From: Aplysia californica
Lineage: Eukaryota
Reading direction: 5' to 3'
Assembly (NCBI RefSeq): GCF_000002075.1
Contig: NW_004798575.1
Coordinates: 5,359-69,358 of the forward strand
DNA length: 64,000 nucleotides
The notes under the pieces are model-generated. The model saw nothing but the letters and a program-made list of their open reading frames with translations, ran no database searches and was not told the DNA's origin. This document shows positions 22,013-34,000 of this stretch, in pieces. Each line of letters begins with the position of its first letter. The first letter of the stretch is position 1. The translations under genes were made by a program, and so were the position numbers.

Positions 22013-25000
22013 AATAAAAACTGCAGATTCAACTTTTAAGGAAATACATAATTAGCTCTCTCCTGTTTTTTAGATATTTATTCAGAATACATTTTTATGG
22101 ATGTGTCTAGTATTTTTGTCAACCATTGAAGTGGGAATATTTTAATTTCTTTAGGGTATGGAACCTTCCTTCTGATTTTGTATTTTTTGACAAGAATCAT
22201 GCCCTATAAAAACCTGGTCCTTCATTTTGAACCTTGAGTGAAAATTTGAGTGAGGTGTGGCCAAAGCATGGAAATCAAGCTGTAAAGACTTCCTGTTTTT
22301 GGATAGAGCATTAGTTTTCTCCTTTTAAAAAATTTGTCAGAGTACATCCAGTTTGAAGAGATGCATTGTGGAAGAGCATGGAGTCATGTAGGACCAGCCA
22401 ACAGAGATGGTGGGAATTGCAATGTTTTTTGCCTTCTTTGGCCCGTTTTCAATTGTCTCAGAGTATATCCTTGTTGCGAGTCCTAAGTGGCAGAAACAGC
22501 ACATAAGGTTATCGAGCTGCTGCCAATAACTATTGAAGCCAATACAGTGCGGGTACTTAAAATGCAGTTATCTTTTCAACATTTGCGCCACTATGGCGAT
22601 GACCTGACTGAAACAGCCCCTAAGCTCAGCAAGCTGCAGTCAGTGAGGAAATAGAATCTGGCATTTACGGTTGGCAGAAACAGCACCTAAGAATAGCAAA
22701 GCTGCTGCCTATAAAACCGAAATAGATGAAGATTGGCCATGAACATCGATAGATGAAAATTGTCAGTGATCATTTGTGAGAAAAGTACTATGTAAGGAAA
22801 AGAAATGTGGCTATCTCTGAGACAATTATAACCATCATGGTGAGGACTGATGGTTGTGGTTTTATTGTTGTTGTTTTTTAAAATTTTGGAACATTTCAAA
22901 TGTTTGTTGGTTTCATTTTCCTTTGTTTTGAACTCCTTTACCTGTTTGAGCAGCGTTTTTGAAGTTCGCTGAAATTTTCTCTTTCAGATTTTCTCCGCTT
23001 TATGTTCGGAGTTGAAAACGTTCAATTTCCTTTTTGTGTTGAACTTTTCTCCTTTATCTGTTTGAGCAGCGTTTTTGAAGTTCGCTGAAATTTGCACTTT
23101 GAGATTTTCTCCGCTTTATGTTCGGAGTTGAAAACGTTGCAGAAGAATTCTTTTGAGTTGTCCGTTTGAAGATTCGAAATTGAATTTCGTTCGTTTGGTT
23201 TTCTTCTTGATTGATTTTCCAAACCACAGATATTTAAAAAAATAGTCTGTTACTTTTGTGAGTAGGTCGGTGTAGCGTAGGATGGTTGACTGAAACAGCC
23301 CCTAAAGTGAACAAGCTGCAGTCAAAAGATTGTTCCTGGCAGAAACAGCACCTAAAGTTATCTAGCTGCTGCCAGTAAGTTGTGCCACTAGTAAACTATA
23401 TCAGCTAATATCATTGTGCAAGTACTTAAAATGCAGTTATCTTTTGGACATTTTGAGCCAGTATGCCGATGACTGAAACAGCACCTAAGCTCAGCAAGCT
23501 GCAGTCAATGAGGAAATAAAATATGTGGCATTTACGGTTGGCAGATACAGCACCTAAGAATAGCAAAGCTGCTGCCTTTTGAACATGGATAGATGAAGAT
23601 TGGCCGTGATAATTTCTGATGAAACCAGTGATCATTTTGAGCCGCTATGGCGATGACTGAAACAGCCCCTAAGCTCAGCAAGCTGCAGTCAGTGAGGAAA
23701 TAGAATCTGGCATTTACGGTTGGCAGAAACAGCACCTAAGAATAGCAAAGCTGCTGCCTATAAAACCGAAATAGATGAAGATTGGCATGATAATTTCTGA
23801 TGAAACCAGTGATCATTTTGAGCCACTATGGCGATGACTGAAACAGCCCCTAAGCTCAGCAAGCTGCAGTCAATGAGGAAATAGAATATGGTATTTCGGA
23901 TCGGCAGAAACAGCCCCTAAGAATATCAAGCTGCTGCCTGTAGAGCCACAATAGATGATGATTGCCCTTGATAATTTTTGATGAAACCATTGAAGGCAGT
24001 ACTATGTGAATGAAACATGTGCGACATTCTTGTAGACATTTTGAAGTATTATCATCACAGGGCGTGACAGTTGTCAGAACCAGCACCTGAGACTAGCAAG
24101 TGTCTTTCTGGAGAGGACGTTCAGCACTTCCCCCTACCCTCCGGCCTGGGCAGAGGACCAGCGGCGGAGGAGCCAGACCAGGGCACTTCTAACAGACCGT
24201 TAAGGTTTGTTTGTTTTGAGTGGATGTCCGAGAGGGAACTTGGGCTGAGGTTAGGGTGGGAAGTGTGATAGTAAGAGAGTTTTAGAAAGACCGCCCGTCA
24301 CGGTGGAAATGCAACCGTTCTATTGTAAATCTGGAAATGTTTCATTTTGTTGTTCATACCGTCCAGAGGTTGTGAACTGGTATTTTTTCCACGAGCACTG
24401 TACTTCATGAAAACTTGGTTGTTAATTCTGCTCTGTGAGTAAGACTGAAATTCTATTGTTTTTCAGAGTACATCCCGTTTCAAGAGATGTATTCTGGAAG
24501 AGCCTCGAGTCATGTAGGACCAGCCAAGTGAAAAAGTAAGAATTTGCAATTTTGTTAGTCTTCTTTGCTTTTGAAGTGAATAATTTATGTATGTGAAAGG
24601 GGAAATAAGTTATGAGGGAGAATGGAGAAAATTAGACTTTTGTCGGTGAATTAAAGGAAATGCATATATTTTGAGACCATTTCATGTTCCATTGTCTTTG
24701 ACAAGTGANNNNNNNNNNNNNNNNNNNNNNNNNNNNNNNNNNNNNNNNNNNNNNNNNNNNNNNNNNNNNNNNNNNNNNNNNNNNNNNNNNNNNNNNNNNN
24801 NNNNNNNNAATAAAAACTGCAGATTCAACTTTTAAGGAAATACATAATTAGCTCTCTCCTGTTTTTTAGATATTTATTCAGAATACATTTTTATGGATGT
24901 GTCTAGTATTTTTGTCAACCATTGAAGTGGGAATATTTTAATTTCTTTAGGGTATGGAACCTTCCTTCTGATTTTGTATTTTTTGACAAGAATCATGCCC

Positions 25001-28000
25001 TATAAAAACCTGGTCCTTCATTTTGAACCTTGAGTGAAAATTTGAGTGAGGTGTGGCCAAAGCATGGAAATCAAGCTGTAAAGACTTCCTGTTTTTGGAT
25101 AGAGCATTAGTTTTCTCCTTTTAAAAAATTTGTCAGAGTACATCCAGTTTGAAGAGATGCATTGTGGAAGAGCATGGAGTCATGTAGGACCAGCCAACAG
25201 AGATGGTGGGAATTGCAATGTTTTTTGCCTTCTTTGGCCCGTTTTCAATTGTCTCAGAGTATATCCTTGTTGCGAGTCCTAAGTGGCAGAAACAGCACAT
25301 AAGGTTATCGAGCTGCTGCCAATAACTATTGAAGCCAATACAGTGCGGGTACTTAAAATGCAGTTATCTTTTCAACATTTGCGCCACTATGGCGATGACC
25401 TGACTGAAACAGCCCCTAAGCTCAGCAAGCTGCAGTCAGTGAGGAAATAGAATCTGGCATTTACGGTTGGCAGAAACAGCACCTAAGAATAGCAAAGCTG
25501 CTGCCTATAAAACCGAAATAGATGAAGATTGGCCATGAACATCGATAGATGAAAATTGTCAGTGATCATTTGTGAGAAAAGTACTATGTAAGGAAAAGAA
25601 ATGTGGCTATCTCTGAGACAATTATAACCATCATGGTGAGGACTGATGGTTGTGGTTTTATTGTTGTTGTTTTTTAAAATTTTGGAACATTTCAAATGTT
25701 TGTTGGTTTCATTTTCCTTTGTTTTGAACTCCTTTACCTGTTTGAGCAGCGTTTTTGAAGTTCGCTGAAATTTTCTCTTTCAGATTTTCTCCGCTTTATG
25801 TTCGGAGTTGAAAACGTTCAATTTCCTTTTTGTGTTGAACTTTTCTCCTTTATCTGTTTGAGCAGCGTTTTTGAAGTTCGCTGAAATTTGCACTTTGAGA
25901 TTTTCTCCGCTTTATGTTCGGAGTTGAAAACGTTGCAGAAGAATTCTTTTGAGTTGTCCGTTTGAAGATTCGAAATTGAATTTCGTTCGTTTGGTTTTCT
26001 TCTTGATTGATTTTCCAAACCACAGATATTTAAAAAAATAGTCTGTTACTTTTGTGAGTAGGTCGGTGTAGCGTAGGATGGTTGACTGAAACAGCCCCTA
26101 AAGTGAACAAGCTGCAGTCAAAAGATTGTTCCTGGCAGAAACAGCACCTAAAGTTATCTAGCTGCTGCCAGTAAGTTGTGCCACTAGTAAACTATATCAG
26201 CTAATATCATTGTGCAAGTACTTAAAATGCAGTTATCTTTTGGACATTTTGAGCCAGTATGCCGATGACTGAAACAGCACCTAAGCTCAGCAAGCTGCAG
26301 TCAATGAGGAAATAAAATATGTGGCATTTACGGTTGGCAGATACAGCACCTAAGAATAGCAAAGCTGCTGCCTTTTGAACATGGATAGATGAAGATTGGC
26401 CGTGATAATTTCTGATGAAACCAGTGATCATTTTGAGCCGCTATGGCGATGACTGAAACAGCCCCTAAGCTCAGCAAGCTGCAGTCAGTGAGGAAATAGA
26501 ATCTGGCATTTACGGTTGGCAGAAACAGCACCTAAGAATAGCAAAGCTGCTGCCTATAAAACCGAAATAGATGAAGATTGGCCATGATAATTTCTGATGA
26601 AGCCAGTGATCATTTTGAGCCACTATGGCGATGACTGAAACAGCCCCTAAGCTCAGCAAGCTGCAGTCAATGAGGAAATAGAATATGGTATTTCGGATCG
26701 GCAGAAACAGCCCCTAAGAATATCAAGCTGCTGCCTGTAGAGCCACAATAGATGATGATTGCCCTTGATAATTTTTGATGAAACCATTGAAGGCAGTACT
26801 ATGTGAATGAAACATGTGCGACATTCTTGTAGACATTTTGAAGTATTATCATCACAGGGCGTGACAGTTGTCAGAACCAGCACCTGAGACTAGCAAGTGT
26901 CTTTCTGGAGAGGACGTTCAGCACTTCCCCCTACCCTCCGGCCTGGGCAGAGGACCAGCGGCGGAGGAGCCAGACCAGGGCACTTCTAACAGACCGTTAA
27001 GGTTTGTTTGTTTTGAGTGGATGTCCGAGAGGGAACTTGGGCTGAGGTTAGGGTGGGAAGTGTGATAGTAAGAGAGTTTTAGAAAGACCGCCCGTCACGG
27101 TGGAAATGCAACCGTTCTATTGTAAATCTGGAAATGTTTCATTTTGTTGTTCATACCGTCCAGAGGTTGTGAACTGGTATTTTTTCCACGAGCACTGTAC
27201 TTCATGAAAACTTGGTTGTTAATTCTGCTCTGTGAGTAAGACTGAAATTCTATTGTTTTTCAGAGTACATCCCGTTTCAAGAGATGTATTCTGGAAGAGC
27301 CTCGAGTCATGTAGGACCAGCCAAGTGAAAAAGTAAGAATTTGCAATTTTGTTAGTCTTCTTTGCTTTTGAAGTGAATAATTTATGTATGTGAAAGGGGA
27401 AATAAGTTATGAGGGAGAATGGAGAAAATTAGACTTTTGTCGGTGAATTAAAGGAAATGCATATATTTTGAGACCATTTCATGTTCCATTGTCTTTGACA
27501 AGTGATTGTTACGGATGTGTTTAGTATTTTAGTCAAGCATTGTAGTGGGAATATTTTAATTTCTTTAGCATATGGAACCTTCCTTCTGATTTTGTATTTT
27601 TCGACAAGAATCGTACCCCATGAAAACCTGGTTCTTAATTCTGAACATGAAAATTGAGCGAGGTGTGGCCAAAGCATGGAAATCAAGCTGCACAGACTTC
27701 CTGTTTTGGGATAGAGCATTAGTTTTCTCCTTTTGAAAAATTTCTCAGAGTACATCCAGTTTGAAGAGATGCATTGTGGAAGAGCATGGAGTCATGTAGG
27801 ACCAGCCAACAGAGATGGTGGGAATTGCAATGTTTTTTGCCTTCTTTGGCCCGTTTTCAATTGTCTCAGAGTATATCCTTGTTGCGAGTCCTAAGTGGCA
27901 GAAACAGCACATAAGGTTATCGAGCTGCTGCCAATAACTATTGAAGCCAATACAGTGCGGGTACTTAAAATGCAGTTATCTTTTCAACATTTGCGCCACT

Positions 28001-31000
28001 ATGGCGATGACCTGACTGAAACAGCCCCTAAGCTCAGCAAGCTGCAGTCAGTGAGGAAATAGAATCTGGCATTTACGGTTGGCAGAAACAGCACCTAAGA
28101 ATAGCAAAGCTGCTGCCTATAAAACCGAAATAGATGAAGATTGGCCATGAACATCGATAGATGAAAATTGTCAGTGATCATTTGTGAGAAAAGTACTATG
28201 TAAGGAAAAGAAATGTGGCTATCTCTGAGACAATTATAACCATCATGGTGAGGACTGATGGTTGTGGTTTTATTGTTGTTGTTTTTTAAAATTTTGGAAC
28301 ATTTCAAATGTTTGTTGGTTTCATTTTCCTTTGTTTTGAACTCCTTTACCTGTTTGAGCAGCGTTTTTGAAGTTCGCTGAAATTTTCTCTTTCAGATTTT
28401 CTCCGCTTTATGTTCGGAGTTGAAAACGTTCAATTTCCTTTTTGTGTTGAACTTTTCTCCTTTATCTGTTTGAGCAGCGTTTTTGAAGTTCGCTGAAATT
28501 TGCACTTTGAGATTTTCTCCGCTTTATGTTCGGAGTTGAAAACGTTGCAGAAGAATTCTTTTGAGTTGTCCGTTTGAAGATTCGAAATTGAATTTCGTTC
28601 GTTTGGTTTTCTTCTTGATTGATTTTCCAAACCACAGATATTTAAAAAAATAGTCTGTTACTTTTGTGAGTAGGTCGGTGTAGCGTAGGATGGTTGACTG
28701 AAACAGCCCCTAAAGTGAACAAGCTGCAGTCAAAAGATTGTTCCTGGCAGAAACAGCACCTAAAGTTATCTAGCTGCTGCCAGTAAGTTGTGCCACTAGT
28801 AAACTATATCAGCTAATATCATTGTGCAAGTACTTAAAATGCAGTTATCTTTTGGACATTTTGAGCCAGTATGCCGATGACTGAAACAGCACCTAAGCTC
28901 AGCAAGCTGCAGTCAATGAGGAAATAAAATATGTGGCATTTACGGTTGGCAGATACAGCACCTAAGAATAGCAAAGCTGCTGCCTTTTGAACATGGATAG
29001 ATGAAGATTGGCCGTGATAATTTCTGATGAAACCAGTGATCATTTTGAGCCGCTATGGCGATGACTGAAACAGCCCCTAAGCTCAGCAAGCTGCAGTCAG
29101 TGAGGAAATAGAATCTGGCATTTACGGTTGGCAGAAACAGCACCTAAGAATAGCAAAGCTGCTGCCTATAAAACCGAACTAGATGAAGATTGGCCATGAT
29201 AATTTCTGATGAAACCAGTGATCATTTTGAGCCACTATGGCGATGACTGAAACAGCCCCTAAGCTCAGCAAGCTGCAGTCAGTGAGGAAATAGAATCTGG
29301 CATTTACGGTTGGCAGAAACAGCACCTAAGAATAGCAAAGCTGCTGCCTATAAAACCGAAATAGATGAAGATTGGCCATGATAATTTCTGATGAAGCCAG
29401 TGATCATTTTGAGCCACTATGGCGATGACTGAAACAGCCCCTAAGCTCAGCAAGCTGCAGTCAGTGAGGAAATAGAATCTGGCATTTACGGTTGGCAGAA
29501 ACAGCACCTAAGAATAGCAAAGCTGCTGCCTATAAAACCGAAATAGATGAAGATTGGCATGATAATTTCTGATGAAGCCAGTGATCATTTTGAGCCACTA
29601 TGGCGATGACTGAAACAGCCCCTAAGCTCAGCAAGCTGCAGTCAGTGAGGAAATAGAATCTGGCATTTACGGTTGGCAGAAACAGCACCTAAGAATAGCA
29701 AAGCTGCTGCCTATAAAACCGAAATAGATGAAGATTGGCCATGATAATTTCTGATGAAACCAGTGATCATTTTGAGCCACTATGGCGATGACTGAAACAG
29801 CCCCTAAGCTCAGCAAGCTGCAGTCAGTGAGGAAATAGAATCTGGCATTTACGGTTGGCAGAAACAGCACCTAAGAATAGCAAAGCTGCTGCCTATAAAA
29901 CCGAAATAGATGAAGATTGGCATGATAATTTCTGATGAAACCAGTGATCATTTTGAGCCACTATGGCGATGACTGAAACAGCCCCTAAGCTCAGCAAGCT
30001 GCAGTCAGTGAGGAAATAGAATCTGGCATTTACGGTTGGCAGAAACAGCACCTAAGAATAGCAAAGCTGCTGCCTATAAAACCGAAATAGATAAAGATTG
30101 GCCATGATAATTTCTGATGAAGCCAGTGATCATTTTGAGCCACTATGGCGATGACTGAAACAGCCCCTAAGCTCAGCAAGCTGCAGTCAGTGAGGAAATA
30201 GAATCTGGCATTTACGGTTGGCAGAAACAGCACCTAAGAATAGCAAAGCTGCTGCCTATAAAACCGAAATAGATAAAGATTGGCCATGATAATTTCTGAT
30301 GAAGCCAGTGATCATTTTGAGCCACTATGGCGATGACTGAAACAGCCCCTAAGCTCAGCAAGCTGCAGTCAGTGAGGAAATAGAATCTGGCATTTACGGT
30401 TGGCAGAAACAGCACCTAAGAATAGCAAAGCTGCTGCCTATAAAACCGAAATAGATGAAGATTGGCCATGAACATCGATAGATGAAAATTGTCAGTGATC
30501 ATTTGTGAGAAAAGTACTATGTAAGGAAAAGAAATGTGGCTATCTCTGAGACAATTATAACCATCATGGTGAGGACTGATGGTTGTGGTTTTATTGTTGT
30601 ACTTTTTAAAAATTTTTGAACATTTCAAATGTTTGTTGGTTTCATTTTCCTTTGTTTTGAACTCCTTTACCTGTTTGAGCAGCGTTTTTGAAGTTCGCTG
30701 AAATTTTCTCTTTCAGATTTTCTCCGCTTTATGTTCGGAGTTGAAAACGTTCAATTTCCTTTTTGTGTTGAACTTTTCTCCTTTATCTGTTTGAGCAGCG
30801 TTTTTGAAGTTCGCTGAAATTTGCACTTTGAGATTTTCTCCGCTTTATGTTCGGAGTTGAAAACGTTGCAGAAGAATTCTTTTGAGTTGTCCGTTTGAAG
30901 ATTCGAAATTGAATTTCGTTCGTTTGGTTTTCTTCTTGATTGATTTTCCAAACCACAGATATTTAAAAAAATAGTCTGTTACTTTTGTGAGTAGGTCGGT

Positions 31001-34000
31001 GTAGCGTAGGATGGTTGACTGAAACAGCCCCTAAAGTGAACAAGCTGCAGTCAAAAGATTGTTCCTGGCAGAAACAGCACCTAAAGTTATCTAGCTGCTG
31101 CCAGTAAGTTGTGCCACTAGTAAACTATATCAGCTAATATCATTGTGCAAGTACTTAAAATGCAGTTATCTTTTGGACATTTTGAGCCAGTATGCCGATG
31201 ACTGAAACAGCACCTAAGCTCAGCAAGCTGCAGTCAATGAGGAAATAAAATATGTGGCATTTACGGTTGGCAGATACAGCACCTAAGAATAGCAAAGCTG
31301 CTGCCTTTTGAACATGGATAGATGAAGATTGGCCGTGATAATTTCTGATGAAACCAGTGATCATTTTGAGCCGCTATGGCGATGACTGAAACAGCCCCTA
31401 AGCTCAGCAAGCTGCAGTCAATGAGGAAATAGAATATGGTATTTCGGATCGGCAGAAACAGCCCCTAAGAATATCAAGCTGCTGCCTGTAGAGCCACAAT
31501 AGATGATGATTGCCCTTGATAATTTTTGATGAAACCATTGAAGGCAATACTATGAGAATGAAACATGTGCGACATTCTTGTAGACATTTTGAAGTATTAT
31601 CATCACAGGGCGTGACAGTTGTCAGAACCAGCACATGAGACTAGCAAGTGTCTTTCTGGAGAGGACGTTCAGCACTTCCCCCTACCCTCCGACCTGGGCA
31701 GAGGACCAGCGGCGGAGGAGCCAGACCAGGGCACTTCTAACAGACCGTTAAGGTTTGTTTGTTTTGAGTGGATGTCCGAGAGGGAACTTGGGCTGAGGTT
31801 AGGGTGGGAAGTGTGATAGTAAGAGAGTTTTAGAAAGACCGCCCGTCACGGTGGAAATGCAACCGTTCTATTGTAAATCTGGAAATGTTTCATTTTGTTG
31901 TTCATACCGTCCAGAGGTTGTGAACTGGTATTTTTTCCACGAGCACTGTACTTCATGAAAACTTGGTTGTTAATTCTGCTCTGTGAGTAAGACTGAAATT
32001 CTATTGTTTTTCAGAGTACATCCCGTTTCAAGAGATGTATTCTGGAAGAGCCTCGAGTCATGTAGGACCAGCCAAGTGAAAAAGTAAGAATTTGCAATTT
32101 TGTTAGTCTTCTTTGCTTTTGAAGTGAATAATTTATGTATGTGAAAGGGGAAATAAGTTATGAGGGAGAATGGAGAAAATTAGACTTGTCGCTGAATTAA
32201 AGGAAATGCATATATTTTGAGACCATTTCATGTTCCATTGTCTTTGACAAGTGGTTGTTACGGATGTGTTTAGTATTTTAGTCAAGCATTGTAGTGGGAA
32301 TATTTTAATTTCTTTAGCGTATGGAACCTTCCTTCTGATTTTGTATTTTTCGACAAGAATCGTACCCCATGAAAACCTGGTTCTTAATTCTGAACATGAA
32401 AATTGAGCGAGGTGTGGCCAAAGCATGGAAATCAAGCTGCAAAGACTTCCTGTTTTGGGATAGAGCATTAGTTTTCTCCTTTTGAAAAATTTCTCAGAGT
32501 ACATCCAGTTTGAAGAGATGCATTGTGGAAGAGCATGGAGTCATGTAGGACCAGCCAACAGAGATGGTGGGAATTGCAATGTTTTTTGCCTTCTTTGGCC
32601 CGTTTTCAATTGTCTCAGAGTATATCCTTGTTGCGAGTCCTAAGTGGCAGAAACAGCACATAAGGTTATCGAGCTGCTGCCAATAACTATTGAAGCCAAT
32701 ACAGTGCGGGTACTTAAAATGCAGTTATCTTTTCAACATTTGCGCCACTATGGCGATGACCTGACTGAAACAGCCCCTAAGCTCAGCAAGCTGCAGTCAG
32801 TGAGGAAATAGAATCTGGCATTTACGGTTGGCAGAAACAGCACCTAAGAATAGCAAAGCTGCTGCCTATAAAACCGAAATAGATGAAGATTGGCCATGAA
32901 CATCGATAGATGAAAATTGTCAGTGATCATTTGTGAGAAAAGTACTATGTAAGGAAAAGAAATGTGGCTATCTCTGAGACAATTATAACCATCATGGTGA
33001 GGACTGATGGTTGTGGTTTTATTGTTGTTGTTTTTTAAAATTTTTGAACATTTCAAATGTTTGTTGGTTTCATTTTCCTTTGTTTTGAACTCCTTTACCT
33101 GTTTGAGCAGCGTTTTTGAAGTTCGCTGAAATTTTCTCTTTCAGATTTTCTCCGCTTTATGTTCGGAGTTGAAAACGTTCAATTTCCTTTTTGTGTTGAA
33201 CTTTTCTCCTTTATCTGTTTGAGCAGCGTTTTTGAAGTTCGCTGAAATTTGCACTTTGAGATTTTCTCCGCTTTATGTTCGGAGTTGAAAACGTTGCAGA
33301 AGAATTCTTTTGAGTTGTCCGTTTGAAGATTCGAAATTGAATTTCGTTCGTTTGGTTTTCTTCTTGATTGATTTTCCAAACCACAGATATTTAAAAAAAT
33401 AGTCTGTTACTTTTGTGAGTAGGTCGGTGTAGCGTAGGATGGTTGACTGAAACAGCCCCTAAAGTGAACAAGCTGCAGTCAAAAGATTGTTCCTGGCAGA
33501 AACAGCACCTAAAGTTATCTAGCTGCTGCCAGTAAGTTGTGCCACTAGTAAACTATATCAGCTAATATCATTGTGCAAGTACTTAAAATGCAGTTATCTT
33601 TTGGACATTTTGAGCCAGTATGCCGATGACTGAAACAGCACCTAAGCTCAGCAAGCTGCAGTCAATGAGGAAATAAAATATGTGGCATTTACGGTTGGCA
33701 GATACAGCACCTAAGAATAGCAAAGCTGCTGCCTTTTGAACATGGATAGATGAAGATTGGCCGTGATAATTTCTGATGAAACCAGTGATCATTTTGAGCC
33801 GCTATGGCGATGACTGAAACAGCCCCTAAGCTCAGCAAGCTGCAGTCAATGAGGAAATAGAATATGGTATTTCGGATCGGCAGAAACAGCCCCTAAGAAT
33901 ATCAAGCTGCTGCCTGTAGAGCCACAATAGATGATGATTGCCCTTGATAATTTTTGATGAAACCATTGAAGGCAATACTATGAGAATGAAACATGTGCGA

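Noticed and set aside
22599-22647. SECIS-like element ATGA-C-CTGACTG-AAA...CAGTCAG-T-GA
   Set aside because: Only 8 nt between ATGA and AAA (about 11-12 expected), present in one variant only, and apparently intronic.
22655-22730. Canonical pre-miRNA hairpins
   Set aside because: Even the extended hairpin has several large bulges and far fewer than about 33 paired bases; no known miRNA recognised.
23610-23700. Type I hammerhead ribozyme (retrozyme) in the 182-bp monomer: CTGATGA ... GAAAC ... GTC in the right order, with monomer size typical of metazoan retrozymes
   Set aside because: Stem II does not close next to the core, stem III needs a 3-nt bulge to place GUC, stem I has at most 2 bp, and the competing GACTG/CAGTC stem is the one that covaries. 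An in vitro cleavage assay would settle it.
29060-30470. CRISPR-like or TIGR-like guide array
   Set aside because: Sequences between the hairpins are identical from unit to unit (no unique spacers), there is no adjacent effector gene, and the context is eukaryotic.
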